In this document: one piece after another, positions 52,334 through 55,845 of the stretch | Numbering within the stretch: position 1 is the stretch's first letter | Layout of the letters: each line of letters starts with the position of its first letter | Source of the DNA: Conidiobolus incongruus B7586 | Taxonomy: Eukaryota | Length of the DNA stretch: 55,845 nucleotides | Assembly: GCA_000697335.1 (NCBI GenBank) | Contig: JNEM01008200.1 | Location: forward strand, 1 to 55,845 | Reading direction: 5' to 3' | The notes under the pieces: generated by a model | Seen by the model: the letters and a program-made list of their open reading frames with translations, nothing else | What the model was told of the DNA's origin: nothing | Database searches by the model: none | Program-made: the position numbers and the translations under genes

Positions 52334-53825
52334 TGAATTTTTTATATTCTCTTTAGATTAATTGATATTGAAAATTTTATTGAAAATTTTTTGTTTAAAT
52401 ACACTTGGTTGATGAGCAATTCTCAATCATTATATCATAACAACATCATTTAATCATTTTTCAAAACCAATAGTTGAGCTATATAATTGAGGATTTTTAT
52501 GATTTGTATTGACAAGCTTGAATCTTTTTATTATATTTAATAAATCAATTATCTTGAATTTAACTAATATTTCTAAATACTAGCTATAATATTTAAAATC
52601 CAACAAATATGTTGAGTAATACAATAAAGATCAAATATAGAAATATTAAACTATGAAGCCAATTGTTAATACAAAAAATTGTAAAATGATCTGGTTATAT
52701 AATTCCGTAATTCTTATTTCTATTTCAAAAGCTTTAGAAAATATAATAAATTAATATATTTAATTGAACCTGAACAAATAATTTTAATTGATGATAAATC
52801 ATTCCTACATTATTGGGATAGTCAGATTCCCTTTTAACAATACACATTAATATTGTATTACAATTAATGTCAAAAATAATATTTGTTATTATTAGAGATT
52901 TTAATACATTTATTACCACTTAAACTGTTAATAATCTAATTAAATATTATAAATTTTAAATCTACGAGTAACAGAATTGGTAAAATAACATAATAAATAG
53001 TTTAACGAATAAAGAAAAATATCAGTTATTTGAAAAATAACCTTTAGCGATTATATCATTTATGACGTTACAGTGAATGTGTCTGGTCAAATATAAAAGA
53101 TCTATTGAATCTAAAATATCATTAATTTATTTTATGTAAAAAATAAAACTAGAATAATTAAAGTTTGGTTGAAATTTATAAAATTCTAGAATACAAATAA
53201 TGAGGTATATATTATAATTAAAAGAGAAGGAATTTGAGGTATAATACTGAGATTATTGTTATTATTTGGTCATATAATTATTCAATTTCAATATTGAATT
53301 CAATATCAATTGGGTTGAGAAATTTATTATAAATATTTAGGTTGCTAATATGGATAATAATTTAAAAATTAAATATATTCAATAAACATCTATGAAATAT
53401 TTCATCTATATAGTTATTTAATAATCTTATTATTATATAACTACAAATTAAAAAGAATAAATAATATATTACAATAGATTTGATAAATCTATTATTTGTA
53501 TTATTTAAGTCAAAATTATTTTTTCGTGAAATTTTTTATTTAAAATTAAATCATTTTAATAATTCAATATATTGAATATCATAATCTAATCTAAAAATAA
53601 TTTTATTTGCTTGATATTATTATAATATAGATTAACTATTTAATAATCTATATATGTATTAATAGAGAAATCAATTATATGCAACAATATTAACTATTAA
53701 TTTTTGATACTGAAAGAATATTCAATGTAGATATTTTTTATATAAACATTTTTTTTGTTTAGGTTAATTTGAATTTATAATAATATATAATAGAAACATT
53801 TATATAAACTGAGTTATTGAAATTA

Positions 53826-54112
53826 TTAGCAATAGATACGAAAAACTTGATTATAATCATTGAGATAGATGTTTAATTTCTCAGGAGTGTGAGAAGCATC
53901 AGTTCCAAAGTAAAAAAAAATGAAATAATACTTAGCAGGGAGCTTGAATCTTTCGAGCAAGGAAGGAGCTTTAGTAACCAAAAGCTTGATTTGATCAACA
54001 CAAAATAACTAATTAATTAATTCATCCATTAGTCACCTTGACATGATTTGAGGGTTGAGGCTTGGCCAGAGGCTTAAGAAGCGGCGAGGATGGCAAATAA
54101 TTCGAAGTTTAT
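53826..54112 (-). pseudogene. Pseudogene of the secreted inhibitor family (copy 9)
   Basis: Start codon mutated to ATA. Reads (I)NFELFAILAAS*ASGQASTLKSCQGD*W and ends 'TPEKLNIYLNDYNQVFRIYC*'. Multiple stops and frameshifts. Confidence 0.8.
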
Positions 54113-55845
54113 GATTCATTTGCTGATTGAATTGCATCTATTTGATTTTGAAAATTTTTGAACTTATTTGATTTCATATACTCATCAACTTATTTTCTTT
54201 AATACTCAATTTTTGAACTATGGTTTAAAATGCATATTTATTTAAATTTAATCCTTAAATAATAATATAAAGACAATATTTTCTGTGGAAGAATATCATT
54301 ACTCTATTTCTAAAATCCCTTGTTATTAATTTTTGTAATTAAACTATAATCCGTCAGTTTTGTTGAGTAATCATAATAGCGAAATTCAATTATATTTTTG
54401 AAAGTTTAATAGTTCGCAATTTTAAATACTGATGGATAATAATAATTATCATAACCAACACTTTTTAATAATAATATATTCTTAATAAAGATAGTTATTA
54501 TATATTCGATATTAAGTTTTTTATTTTGTACTAAATATCAGGTTAAATTTTATAAATATGATTAAATATTTTTATGCATATGATCTAAAAATTTCCTAAT
54601 ATATAATTAAATCTTTTGAACTTGATAGAATTTTTATGTTATTCTATTTAATGATCAAATTATAAAATTATTAACTAATTTAGATTAATTACATCTCATT
54701 TTTATTTATAGTGAATTTGATTTTAATTTTTTCAACATCTATTTATTATTAAAATGTTTTTGAATTTAAATATTATCAAATAATCCTAGTATGTGACAAA
54801 TAAAATATAGATAACAAAGACATTAACATTATAATATTTTATAATTCAAGTAATACAACCTTTTTACTAAATATATCATACTTAATTTTAGTTATATAAA
54901 TTGAAATATTAAACATGAAATTATATTTATATTATGAAATACTAGTTTTTATTTATTAATGCTTATTAATTGAAATATTGAAATTTCAATTTTAAATTTT
55001 TTAAAGTTTATTAAATATTTATTAAATAAATATATTCATCTTTTATTGTTAAACATTATAATATAGTTTTATTTAGAAATTATAATATATATTTCATAAA
55101 TTTAAGTTTAAGTCAAAGCTATAATATTTATTTTTTTATTTAGTATTTTATATTATCCAACAATTATTAAAATTTCTTTAATCAATATTGATTTATATAC
55201 TTTATATAAGGTATTATTAAAACTAGATCATTTAAGTTATGATTTTAATAAAGTAAATTAAATAATTTTATTAAAGCTTGGATTTAAATATAATAAAATT
55301 ATTATATTATTCTGAAATTGATGACCTATAGTTAAATTAAAATATTTAATTTTTTTATTAATATTATTATATTGTCTTTAAAGTTTAGAAATCAATGTTT
55401 ATTTTAAATTAAAATAATTATTTTATAAATTTTCCATATTTTTAAGTGTATATTATATTATTAGTATGGAAATAAAAAATGACAAATTTTTTAATTTTTA
55501 TTTTTCATATATATTATAAATTTTGAGAAATAATTTATATATAAAATGTATAAGAAAATATATTTTTTCAAATTATATATATTCAATTATAATTATCTTT
55601 TTATCAAAATAATTTAATTTTAAAATTTTTAATTAAATATTATCATACTTAAATTTACTAGTAATTATCAAAATGCTTTTATTTTTATATTATTAAAGCT
55701 TAATTATAAATTTGTTAAAATCATTTCAAACTTGTAAATATTTTTTTAAGATAATATTTTTTCTAAAACTACCATATATCATTAGATTTATAATTTTAAA
55801 ATTAAAAGGGATATTATTTAAAATATATTAAAATTTAAAAGATTA

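Noticed and set aside
1..55845. CRISPR array or prokaryotic operon
   Set aside because: No regularly spaced short repeats; spliceosomal introns show the DNA is eukaryotic.

Overview
Very AT-rich eukaryotic DNA with short GT-AG introns and CTAAC-type branch points. It reads as an early-diverging fungus; Entomophthorales/Conidiobolus-like is my inference, not proven. Contents in order: (1) two short spliced B12D/NDUFA4(MLRQ)-like microprotein genes that the ORF track missed; (2) a degenerate triplicated repeat; (3) an 8-exon PP2A scaffold (A) subunit gene; (4) a probable mitochondrial group I intron-like insert; (5) an intronless CorA/Alr1-Mnr2-like transporter with GMR in place of the GMN signature; (6) a cluster of MCT/Mch-type MFS transporters (2 intact, 1 pseudogene); (7) an intron-containing tRNA-Tyr(GTA) and a decayed copy; (8) three solo-LTR-like elements; (9) an 18-kb tandem array of nine small secreted proteins of the potato-inhibitor-I/I78 serine protease inhibitor type (5 intact, 4 pseudogenes). 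Two highlights. First, two different solo LTRs are stacked in the same 5-bp target site 10 bp upstream of the tRNA-Tyr gene, which suggests tRNA-gene-targeted (Ty3-like) retrotransposons. Second, the secreted inhibitor array has predicted P1 residues diversified to Phe/Arg/Met. All alignments were done by eye.
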